A stretch of 43,343 nucleotides of DNA from Candidatus Parcubacteria bacterium (GCA_026395595.1 JAPLYL010000001.1:72174-115516); one strand, 5' to 3'; positions 10,162 through 17,985 are shown, counted from the first letter of the stretch. A program made the numbers and translations. The notes: generated by a model from the sequence alone, not told the origin.

Positions 10162-10292
10162 AATTTGAATATCGCTCGCACGGCTCGCTGGGCGATTGAT
10201 GAAAACCTACGGTTTTCATACTTTCCCTTGCCTGACCTCAGGCACGATTATATGGTATACTAAATACTAATACTAAATTATATACTTTATGT

Positions 10293-10973
10293 ATGCTGTT
10301 TAATCTTTCGCAAAAAAAACTTGTTTTCGCTTCTCTGTTTTCGGCGATTATTTTAATTTTAATAACATGGCTTGTAAAAATCTCTCCGGCGTTGCAAAGC
10401 TTTGATGACTATGCACTCGCTTTTTTCGCGCAAGGACGATGTCCTTTTTCTAATGCCTTCTTTCTTGCCATAACCTATTTGGGGAATACGGAATTTCTTG
10501 TCTCTTTCTCTTTTTTTCTTTCTATCGTTTTTTATTTTTATAAAAAACTTCCCTATTATATTATTTTTATCGGAACCATTATCGGAAGTTCCGCTTTTGT
10601 GTATATTCTCAAAGATATCGTTGAAAGAGCCCGCCCTTCTCTTATCGCTCCCGTTTATCAAGAGACTTCCCTTTCTTTCCCCAGCGGACACGCAGCTCTC
10701 TCCGTTATTTTCTACGGAATGCTTGCCTACTTTTTCGCGCGTAATACCAAGATAAAACAAGTTCAACAAAATCTTCTCGCCGGATGGATCTTCCTCTTTG
10801 TCTTCATCGGATACTCCCGCCTCCACCTCGGCGTTCATTTCGTCAGTGATGTCATCGCCGGATACGCAACCGGGTTTTTCTGGCTTTCTCTCGGAATACT
10901 TCTTTTTGAACAGCTTATCTCCGAAGAATTGCCGTGGTGGAAAAGGTGTTTGAATAAATTAAAACAGAGATAA
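10293..10973 (+). CDS. PAP2 family phosphatase (undecaprenyl-pyrophosphate phosphatase-like)
   Basis: KDIVERARP, SFPSGH, SRLHLGVHFVSDV; multi-TM. Confidence 0.92.
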   Translation: MLFNLSQKKLVFASLFSAIILILITWLVKISPALQSFDDYALAFFAQGRCPFSNAFFLAITYLGNTEFLVSFSFFLSIVFYFYKKLPYYIIFIGTIIGSSAFVYILKDIVERARPSLIAPVYQETSLSFPSGHAALSVIFYGMLAYFFARNTKIKQVQQNLLAGWIFLFVFIGYSRLHLGVHFVSDVIAGYATGFFWLSLGILLFEQLISEELPWWKRCLNKLKQR

Positions 10974-10980
10974 TTTCCCA

Positions 10981-11017
10981 AAAAAATAACCCCGCAAAAT
11001 TTGCGGGGTTATTTTTT
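10981..11017. terminator. Bidirectional terminator
   Basis: AAAAAATAACCCCGCAAA-a-TTTGCGGGGTTATTTTTT between convergent genes. Confidence 0.75.
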
Positions 11018-11144
11018 ATTTAAGGTATGACGAAATATGAATGAATGTGTCGGAAGTTTCAGCATGGACATAAGCAACGGAAAACCAAACGACAAACGCA
11101 ATATATACGGCTCCGAGAAGGAGTACGTTTTTTCTTTTTTCCAT
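11016..11144 (-). CDS. Small (42 aa) secreted or membrane peptide
   Basis: Hand translation MEKRKNVLLLGAVYIAFVVWFSVAYVHAETSDTFIHISSYLK; its stop falls at the terminator. Confidence 0.55.
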   Translation of the reverse strand: MEKRKNVLLLGAVYIAFVVWFSVAYVHAETSDTFIHISSYLK

Positions 11145-11188
11145 TTGAGTAAAGAGATAAAAAATTAAAGGTAAAAAACAATAAATGA

Positions 11189-11366
11189 AGGGTTTGTAAA
11201 TAAATAAAGTGTTCAGTTCGGTTTCAGATTTTCATAAGATTTGATTTTTTCGATTGAGTAAACCTTGAAGCGTATCGAGATACGATGAAAGATTTGCGAT
11301 TGAGAAAAAATCAAAGATTAGGGAAAGATGGAAGCGAAAAGAGCACTTTATTTATTTACAAGCCCT
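11189..11366. mobile_element. 178-bp MITE-like fold-back element
   Basis: 26-nt terminal IRs (24/26) AGGGTTTGTAAATAAATAAAGTGTTC / GAGCACTTTATTTATTTACAAGCCCT plus internal paired blocks; no ORF. Confidence 0.55.
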
Positions 11367-11401
11367 CAGTATAACAATTTTTTCTAAAATTGCAATACTT
11401 T

Positions 11402-12154
11402 TTATCCCCTTGCCGCCTCTATGAACTTTTCAAAAAGAATTTTATTTTCCGGATGTTGCACTATCAACATTTCCGGGTGCCACTGAACGCCTAAAATCCA
11501 TCGGGAAACCATGTCTTCCGACTCTATTGCTTCCGCGACTCCGTCTTCTGCACGAGCACAGACGAGAAGTCCCGGAGCAATATCTTTTACCGCCTGATGA
11601 TGAAGACTATTTACGGTAATTTTTGAAAGAGGAAGAAAAGAAGCAAGCGCGGTATTTTCTGCAATAATCACCTCGTGTATCTCTTTTGGAAAGTACTCAG
11701 CCAAGGATATTTCTTTGTTATACTCATGATGGATATCGGTTTGAATTTCGCTCTGAATATCTTGATACAGTGTTCCGCCCATCGCGACATTGATAATTTG
11801 CGAGCCTCGGCAAACACCAAATATCGGTTTTCTTTTTTCAATAAAAATTTGAGCAAGCATTATTTCCAGTTCATCTCTTTCTTCGGAAATATCAGAGACA
11901 CTCTCGTGGATAGCAACAGCATCATATCGTTTCGGGTTTATATCCACTCCTCCGGGGATAAATAAACCTTGCGTCTTATCGGCAAGCAATTCCAGTTCAT
12001 CTCGGGAAAGACCAAGCGGTACAACGAGAGGAACAGCTCTACAGGCTTTCAAAACATCAAGATAAGAAGCATCAACCGATACAGTAGAAAATGATCCTCC
12101 TTTTGGAGAAGGTATGCGAAGCGAGGTAATAAGAATAATGGGCTTCTGTTCCAT
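11402..12154 (-). CDS. Peptidase C26 / gamma-glutamyl-gamma-aminobutyrate hydrolase (PuuD-like) glutamine amidotransferase
   Basis: PGGVDI, PIFGVCRGSQ, VNSLHHQAV, GVQWHPE. Confidence 0.92.
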   Translation of the reverse strand: MEQKPIILITSLRIPSPKGGSFSTVSVDASYLDVLKACRAVPLVVPLGLSRDELELLADKTQGLFIPGGVDINPKRYDAVAIHESVSDISEERDELEIMLAQIFIEKRKPIFGVCRGSQIINVAMGGTLYQDIQSEIQTDIHHEYNKEISLAEYFPKEIHEVIIAENTALASFLPLSKITVNSLHHQAVKDIAPGLLVCARAEDGVAEAIESEDMVSRWILGVQWHPEMLIVQHPENKILFEKFIEAARG

Positions 12155-12220
12155 ATAGGTATATTATACCACTATTTTAATAATTTGTACAGAAAATACT
12201 CTTCATGGTATTATAAAGAT

Positions 12221-13375
12221 ATGGAAACCGACCAAATTATTAAAGAGATCTTTAATCAGGAAGAGTACCTCAAAATAGGTGATGACTTGAAAAAGACAGG
12301 CGTATTAAAAGACCACATAGAAAAACTTCGCGAAAGGTATGCGAAGCGGTTCAGCGAAATACGCTTTGAACCCGAAGAGAAAATGTGGGAGATGATGGCG
12401 ATTGAAGACCTCTACGATACGATGACCTTCAAACACAGCGTTCGCGTTTCCGAGCTTACCTACAAGATTATCACAAAAAATCTCATTGCCCCGAACGGCG
12501 AGAATTTAATTCTTCAAACCTTTATTGAAAAAAGAGGAGTAAGCCTTCATGATATCACCGCGGCCGCTCTCGGACACGACATAGGAAAAATAAAAATACC
12601 GTTGGAGGTTTTACACAACACCCTCGGAGATAAGGAAATGAATCATATTCTGATTGATATGATCCATCGCGGAGTACGAAAAAAAGAAGTTTTTGAGAGG
12701 ATCGGTTTTAAGGAAAACGATCAAAAAAGCGACGAAGAAATTTTGGCTCAACTTTACCGCAAAGGTCTCCGAGCGGTAAACGTCGTTCCCCTCTCCGAAG
12801 CTTTCCCTGAAGAAAAACATCCCGGATTTTCCGAGATTTTGAAGAAACGAGGTTTCTCTCCGGAACAAACGATAAAACAGATTGCCGTATCGCATGAAGC
12901 GGCGGGGCAAAAGATATTTGAAATACTGGACGAACCGATTATCGCTGACTTGGTGGGAAATCATCACAATTATAAAAAGAAAGACGACGGAGAAATGAAA
13001 TACAAAATGAACATTCCCGCACTTCATTCGGAAGGCGTGAGCGATGAATTTGGGGTTCGCAATATCATTACCATCGCCGATCAGCTGGATTCTCTGCAAA
13101 GTTCTCGCCCCTATAAAAAAGCCATGACCAGACTTTCCGCCCTTGCCGAATTAACCCACCAAGCGGATACCGGACGAATGAACAAAAGACTTCTCTATCT
13201 CTGGATAGAGAATGAATACAAGGAACTGAAAGAAAAAATGGAGAATGGATCTCTTGATCCGATAACGTTGGAACAAGAACAAAAAAACATTGAACAAGTG
13301 AAAGAATTTTTAAAAAATACAAAAAAGATATTTAAAAAGAAATTTTCTTTCTTTTCCTTCTTCCAGAAGGGCTAG
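12221..13375 (+). CDS. HD-GYP-like metal-dependent phosphohydrolase
   Basis: TFKHSVRV, LGHDIGK, HEAAG, NHH, IADQLDSLQSSRPYK. Confidence 0.8.
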   Translation: METDQIIKEIFNQEEYLKIGDDLKKTGVLKDHIEKLRERYAKRFSEIRFEPEEKMWEMMAIEDLYDTMTFKHSVRVSELTYKIITKNLIAPNGENLILQTFIEKRGVSLHDITAAALGHDIGKIKIPLEVLHNTLGDKEMNHILIDMIHRGVRKKEVFERIGFKENDQKSDEEILAQLYRKGLRAVNVVPLSEAFPEEKHPGFSEILKKRGFSPEQTIKQIAVSHEAAGQKIFEILDEPIIADLVGNHHNYKKKDDGEMKYKMNIPALHSEGVSDEFGVRNIITIADQLDSLQSSRPYKKAMTRLSALAELTHQADTGRMNKRLLYLWIENEYKELKEKMENGSLDPITLEQEQKNIEQVKEFLKNTKKIFKKKFSFFSFFQKG

Positions 13376-13411
13376 CAACAAAAAAATCCGCTCACCGCGG
13401 ATTTTTCTTTG

Positions 13412-13485
13412 TGCCCAGGGGCAGAGTTGAACTGCCGACCCTTGGTTCTTCAGACCAATGCTCTAACCAACTGAGCTACCTGGGC
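13412..13485 (-). tRNA. tRNA-Phe(GAA)
   Basis: GCCCAGG/CCTGGGC acceptor, TTGGT-CTGAAGA-ACCAA anticodon arm. Confidence 0.95.
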
Positions 13486-13605
13486 ATTTTCTCAAAATTT
13501 TGTTTTTGTGTCTTTCTGTCCAAAACAGCTACCTGGGGCTGTTTTATTCTTCTGTCTATTGTCTATTTATACTCGTTTTTGGCTCTTTTGTAAAGAAATC
13601 GCGAT

Positions 13606-13845
13606 TTATGGCTTTGCGCCCGGAAGTAATTTTGAAGCCTGTTCATACAGATTCATCATTTTCTCAATATACGGCTGAGCATAGTAAAACGAACCGAACA
13701 TCAATCCGATAATAACAAACCAATAAAAAAACTTAAATACCCTTCCCCACATCATACTGGAGTGAAGATCACGCAGTAACTCGTTGTTCTCCTTCTCTAT
13801 TTTGTATGTTTCTTCTAAGAGCTTTTCTTCTTTTGGTTCCAACAT
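13606..13845 (-). CDS. Small coiled-coil plus single-TM hypothetical protein
   Basis: MLEPKEEKLLEETY..ENNELL..MMWGRVFKFFYWFVIIG..YYAQPY; TATCAT 7 nt upstream of ATG. Confidence 0.75.
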   Translation of the reverse strand: MLEPKEEKLLEETYKIEKENNELLRDLHSSMMWGRVFKFFYWFVIIGLMFGSFYYAQPYIEKMMNLYEQASKLLPGAKP

Positions 13846-13920
13846 GTTTATCATGATACCAAAAAATGAGAGGAAAATCAATTTTTGATATAAATGCAAA
13901 ATAATACTATAATCACTTCT

Positions 13921-14745
13921 ATGATCATAAACGGAAAACAGATTGCGCAAGAAATAAAAGATGCGCTTAAAAAAGAAGCGGCAACGCTTCCCCGAAAATT
14001 ACGGCTGGATATCATCTATGCCGGAACCGATCCCGTTATTGAAAACTTCCTCGGAATGAAAATAAGGGTCGGAAAGGAAATCGGTGTGGATACGATTGTG
14101 CACCGATTACCAGAATCTATTTCTCAAAAAGAACTCATCGCGCATATAAAAAGCATCGGGAGCGATTCGTCGGCTGATGGAATGCTTGTCCAACTCCCAT
14201 TGCCGGGAGGAATGGATATTCAAGAAATTCTAAACACCGTACCCCCGGAAAAAGACGTTGATGTTCTGTCTGATTCGGCGCTGAAATTATTTTCCGAAAA
14301 CAAAACTGACAACATTTCTCCTGTTGCCGGAGCCTTTATGGAAATACTTCAAAGGAACAACGTTTCTTTGAAAAGTAAAAAGATTGTTATCTTGGGTCGC
14401 GGGCGCCTTGTGGGAAAACCGTTCGCCATTTGTGTAGAAAGAGAGGGCGCGGATGTTACCTATCTAAACAGTACGACAGGAGATCCTGTTCCTCATCTTT
14501 TAAAAGCGGACATCATCGCCACGGGTATGGGAAAACCGCATTTCATCAAACCGGAAATGATACGCGAAGGTGTGATAATTTTAGACGGAGGCACATCAGA
14601 AAAAAACGGCAAAATAGTCGGCGATGCTGATCCCGCATGCGCCGAAAAATGCCAAATCTTTACTCCCGTACCGGGAGGAATCGGGCCGATTACCGTGGCA
14701 TTAATTTTTAAAAATCTATTGAATGCAACAAAACGACGAGTTTAA
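13921..14745 (+). CDS. folD: Methylenetetrahydrofolate dehydrogenase/cyclohydrolase
   Basis: MIINGK, GMLVQLPLP, EKDVD, GRGRLVGKP, TPVPGGIGPITV. Confidence 0.95.
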   Translation: MIINGKQIAQEIKDALKKEAATLPRKLRLDIIYAGTDPVIENFLGMKIRVGKEIGVDTIVHRLPESISQKELIAHIKSIGSDSSADGMLVQLPLPGGMDIQEILNTVPPEKDVDVLSDSALKLFSENKTDNISPVAGAFMEILQRNNVSLKSKKIVILGRGRLVGKPFAICVEREGADVTYLNSTTGDPVPHLLKADIIATGMGKPHFIKPEMIREGVIILDGGTSEKNGKIVGDADPACAEKCQIFTPVPGGIGPITVALIFKNLLNATKRRV

Positions 14746-14773
14746 TCCTCGTCGTTTTGTTATTTGTAAATTA

Positions 14774-15259
14774 TCAAACAAAGTATTCTTTTAATTTCTT
14801 TGTACTTTCTCTTATCTTTATCAATTCAAATTCATTGGAATATTCTTCTTTCGCAAAATCCATTATCTTCATGACATTATTAACTTTTCTTTTATACTCA
14901 AACATCCATGAGTGCCAAGGAAACATCCAAACATGAAAATGAGACGAGGAGCTTGGTTCTTCTTGAACGATAGTTATTTCGTCAATTCCCAATTTTTCTT
15001 TCATCGCCCTCCTGCATTTAATTAAAAAACGACAGAGGTCTGTTTGTTCGGCATCTGTAAATTCCAGAATAGATTTAACATGTCTTTTAGACGCGATAAT
15101 TACAAACCCTTCTATCGGATATTCAAAATCTTGTTCAGCAACAAAATATTCAGTTTCTGCGATTCTTTCGACAGGCAAAGAAACCTCTCCACTCTGAATT
15201 GAACAAGCGATACAATCAATATTATGTTCTGTTCCTGATATATCTTTTATCGTGACCAT
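14774..15259 (-). CDS. HIT-family nucleotide hydrolase
   Basis: N-terminal CIAC, PIEGFVII..KRHV, HFHVWMFP. ORF-track start lies within the tRNA scaffold so start moved to MVTIK. Confidence 0.75.
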   Translation of the reverse strand: MVTIKDISGTEHNIDCIACSIQSGEVSLPVERIAETEYFVAEQDFEYPIEGFVIIASKRHVKSILEFTDAEQTDLCRFLIKCRRAMKEKLGIDEITIVQEEPSSSSHFHVWMFPWHSWMFEYKRKVNNVMKIMDFAKEEYSNEFELIKIRESTKKLKEYFV

Positions 15260-15295
15260 AATCGTGACTTTCAGCTTTAAATTTTTAATCTTCGT

Positions 15296-15502
15296 TGGTG
15301 CCCTCGGCAGGAATCGAACCTGCATCAGCTCGCCCCGTTATAAATTGTCCTCTTGGCAGGAATCGGACCTGCATCAGCTCGTTAGGAGTGAGCTATTCTA
15401 TCCATTGAACTACAAGAGGAAAATTTATAACAGGGTGAGCTATTCCCCACCCGACTGAACGACATCAGTCGTTCGGGCGGGTATCCATTGAACTACGAAG
15501 GC
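15296..15502 (-). ncRNA. Outer tRNA-Arg-like scaffold with two insertions, one containing a whole tRNA
   Basis: GCCTTCG/CGAGGGC acceptor + ACCA, D-arm split by a 36-nt hairpin, canonical GCAGG-TTCGATT-CCTGC T-arm; anticodon loop replaced by 15333-15435. Confidence 0.75.
15348..15419 (-). tRNA. tRNA-Arg(CCT), nested inner copy
   Basis: CCTCTTG/CAAGAGG acceptor, GTTC-AATGGATA-GAAT D-arm, GCTCA-CTCCTAA-CGAGC anticodon arm, T-loop TCCGATT. Confidence 0.8.
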
Positions 15503-15512
15503 AGACGACGAA

Positions 15513-15588
15513 GATTTATGATTTAAGATTCAGGATTTATGAACACGCAGGTCGTCATTCTTAAATCTTTAATCATAAACCTTAAATC
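15513..15588. repeat. Inverted heptamer-repeat element (GATTTA(T/A))n ... ((T/C)TAAATC)n
   Basis: GATTTAT GATTTAA GATTCAG GATTTAT and complementary arm CTTAAAT CTTTAAT CATAAAC CTTAAAT. Confidence 0.75.
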
Positions 15589-15598
15589 CCCGTTCGTT

Positions 15599-15838
15599 CT
15601 AGAGTCCGAGAGAGCTGACGAGTCTTGGTTTGTCAAAACCGATAACCGGCTCGCTTTCCCCTTCTACGGTAATGACGGGAACCCCCATTTGTCCGGTAAG
15701 TTCCAACATTTCTTTTCTTTTTTCAATATCCGTCCCGACATTGTATTCTTCAAAAGGCACGTTATTGGCGGTGAAAAAATCTTTCGCCATTTTGCAATAC
15801 ATGCACGTAGAAGTGGTGTATATTTTTACTTTTTTCAT
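15599..15838 (-). CDS. Glutaredoxin-like (NrdH-redoxin) protein
   Basis: YTTSTCMYC, TGQMGVPVI, VIGFD. Confidence 0.9.
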   Translation of the reverse strand: MKKVKIYTTSTCMYCKMAKDFFTANNVPFEEYNVGTDIEKRKEMLELTGQMGVPVITVEGESEPVIGFDKPRLVSSLGL

Positions 15839-15965
15839 AAAATCTTTATATTATTGAATAACATACGCAGTATAGCACAAGAACACTTATTTGAAAATTT
15901 GCTCGGTTTTGCGCCATATGATACTCTTTCTAAAGAGATATGTTCAAAAAAAGGAGTAAGGAGAG

Positions 15966-16403
15966 ATGGAAAAAGTAAAAATAGATGCAGTAGCCTATCA
16001 TGAAGCGGGGCATGCCTTCGTTGCTGTAATGACAAACAAGATACGCGTCAAAAAAGTTTTTTATGACGGGGCGGAAGGATATACGGAGACCGAGTGGCTT
16101 TCGGGAAATATAAATTTTGAAAAACTTTGCTTTTTCCTCGCAGGAGAAATTTCCGAATACCGATTATCGGAAAATTTTTCAGAAATCAATTCCGGCATAG
16201 ACCGAAAGAACACAGAAGACGTTCTCTTCCTCATTTCAGGAAAAAGAGAAGAACAATATGCCTTCTGGCTGAAAGCGATAAAAACCGTTAACGAGTGGAT
16301 TGATGATCCGAAAAATGCGGAAAAAATAAAAAGAATCGCGAAAGATCTTATGATAAAATCAACCCTTTCAGAAGAAGATATACGGGCGATAATGAGCGAA
16401 TAA
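15966..16403 (+). CDS. Stand-alone M41/FtsH-protease-like zinc metallopeptidase domain
   Basis: AVAYHEAGHA, LAGEISE, SGID, TLSEEDI; SD AAGGAG. Confidence 0.75.
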   Translation: MEKVKIDAVAYHEAGHAFVAVMTNKIRVKKVFYDGAEGYTETEWLSGNINFEKLCFFLAGEISEYRLSENFSEINSGIDRKNTEDVLFLISGKREEQYAFWLKAIKTVNEWIDDPKNAEKIKRIAKDLMIKSTLSEEDIRAIMSE

Positions 16404-16438
16404 GAGAAACCCCGTGCGTCGTATCGCACGGGGGTTTT

Positions 16439-17104
16439 TTATGCCGTCTTCGGCAAAAAGCGATAACCTTCAGGAACAATAAGAGACTTCGGATCTTTTC
16501 CGTCCCATGATATTTTTTTATGAATGACCATGTCAGTGATAACCCACTGAAAAAGATGTTCAAAACCCTTCACTCTTTCCTGTAATATCTTCGGCGTATC
16601 AGTCGGATAGATTGGAACCGGATATTCAAAGAATACCGGACCTTTATCGTACTCGTCCGTTACGAAATGCATAGATACCGCCGTATCTTTTATATATCCT
16701 TTTTGATACGCATCTATGACCGCCCGATGAATATGTATTCCGTACATTCCACGGCCGCCAAAAGCAAGTCTTGCGGGGTGGATGTTAAAAGTTGTTCTCG
16801 GGTCATAACCTTCCATTTTCTTCAACCAACCAGAAAGAGCAACCCATTCACCCCCATGTTTGCGTATTACATAATTATAATTACGAACGTCATAAGGCCC
16901 GGGAAACCAAAGGAAACGGATTCCATTCGCTTCCGCTTTTCTTCTTATTCCCCCAAATCGATGAGAAGAAACCGCACCGACGATATTCGCATCTAACATT
17001 CCATTTTTTTGCGCGTCAACCAATGCTTCAAATCCGCTTCCTCCTTCTTTTTTTGTTCCAGAAGCAAAAACAAGCAATCTTGGTTTATTTTCTTTTTTCT
17101 CCAT
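16439..17104 (-). CDS. purN: Phosphoribosylglycinamide formyltransferase
   Basis: VFASG..GGSGF, LSGWLK, NIHPA, GMYGIHIH, HFVTDEYDKGP; AGGAGG before ATG 17104. Confidence 0.88.
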   Translation of the reverse strand: MEKKENKPRLLVFASGTKKEGGSGFEALVDAQKNGMLDANIVGAVSSHRFGGIRRKAEANGIRFLWFPGPYDVRNYNYVIRKHGGEWVALSGWLKKMEGYDPRTTFNIHPARLAFGGRGMYGIHIHRAVIDAYQKGYIKDTAVSMHFVTDEYDKGPVFFEYPVPIYPTDTPKILQERVKGFEHLFQWVITDMVIHKKISWDGKDPKSLIVPEGYRFLPKTA

Positions 17105-17147
17105 TCGTTCCTCCTGTAAAAAAACTCCAGATTTCTTTATATCATAC

Positions 17148-17183
17148 AAAGCAAAAAATCGCCATATGGCGATTTTTTGCTTT
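17148..17183 (-). terminator. Perfect 36-bp palindrome downstream of tRNA-Gly
   Basis: AAAGCAAAAAATCGCCATATGGCGATTTTTTGCTTT. Confidence 0.65.
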
Positions 17184-17185
17184 TG

Positions 17186-17256
17186 TGCGAGTAGGGAGAA
17201 TCGAACTCCCGCCCACTGCTTGGGAAGCAGCAGTTCTGCCACTAAACTATACTCGC
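17186..17256 (-). tRNA. tRNA-Gly(CCC)
   Basis: GCGAGTA/TACTCGC acceptor, GCTGC-TTCCCAA-GCAGT anticodon arm, AGTTCGATTCT. Confidence 0.95.
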
Positions 17257-17264
17257 GGGACGAT

Positions 17265-17336
17265 GATTTAAGATTTATGATTTATGAAAAAACGTAAACT
17301 TCGTATTCTTAAATCCTAAATCATGAATCGTAAATC
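17265..17336. repeat. Inverted heptamer-repeat element, same family as 15513-15588
   Basis: GATTTAA GATTTAT GATTTAT GAA ... CTTAAAT CCTAAAT CATGAAT CGTAAAT. Confidence 0.75.
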
Positions 17337-17347
17337 ACTTATTCATA

Positions 17348-17725
17348 CTACCTGAAAAAATTTAAAAATCTAGACCATGCGGACGGCTCGGGGGCTGACT
17401 CTTTTGTTGTGGTTGCTTGTGGAGTATCAACCACTAAAATAACTCCTTCCCCTTCCTTCCCTACCATAAATTTTTCTCGGATCTCGGATTCTTGACCTCT
17501 CTCTGTTTTCAAAAAACTTACTCTTTTTTCCAAGTCTGTTTTTCTTTCTTCCAGACTACGAAGTTCGGCTTTGGCTTCGTTCGCTTTCCGAACCGCTTCT
17601 CGATTGGTTTGATACAATCCCCATATCCGACTCGCAAAAAACACAAAAAGGATTGCTAAAAAAACCAGCATCGGACTAGAGTACATCAGCCGTCTTGTCT
17701 TTTGTTTTTCTTTAAAATCAAGCAT
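17348..17725 (-). CDS. Septum formation initiator (FtsB/DivIC family)
   Basis: Basic N-terminus, one TM, coiled coil, ESEIREKFMVGKEGEGVILVV. Confidence 0.78.
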   Translation of the reverse strand: MLDFKEKQKTRRLMYSSPMLVFLAILFVFFASRIWGLYQTNREAVRKANEAKAELRSLEERKTDLEKRVSFLKTERGQESEIREKFMVGKEGEGVILVVDTPQATTTKESAPEPSAWSRFLNFFR

Positions 17726-17762
17726 CTTGTTTTTGATATCTGACAATGATAGTATATCTCAT

Positions 17763-17876
17763 ATGGCATTCTTCAGCAAAAAAAATAAGAAAAAAGTGGA
17801 GTTTATTTGGGCAATTATCAGCGTTCTGGTAGCCATCAGCATGGTACTTTTGTATATGCCAAGTTTATTTCAATAA
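17763..17876 (+). CDS. Small single-TM protein (37 aa)
   Basis: Hand translation MAFFSKKNKKKVEFIWAIISVLVAISMVLLYMPSLFQ; -10-like TAGTAT 7 nt upstream. Confidence 0.65.
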   Translation: MAFFSKKNKKKVEFIWAIISVLVAISMVLLYMPSLFQ

Positions 17877-17950
17877 AGAAATTATCGAAAAAAAAAGACT
17901 CCTGAAAGTATTTTTTATAAGATTAAAAAGATACGCCAAAAACGAAACAT

Positions 17951-17978
17951 TTGATTTATTTTTTTATTCGTGTATACT
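17951..17978 (+). promoter_or_regulatory. Promoter of the candidate sRNA
   Basis: TTGATT-16 nt-TATACT with TG immediately upstream of the -10. Confidence 0.5.
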
Positions 17979-17985
17979 CGTAATT

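Noticed and set aside
15333-15435. Anticodon insert as a group I/II or bulge-helix-bulge tRNA intron
   Set aside because: No ribozyme core or clear BHB motif, and precise removal would not recreate a 7-nt anticodon loop.
15513-17336. Short repeats as a CRISPR array
   Set aside because: 7-nt degenerate units with no unique spacers; no cas genes in the window.
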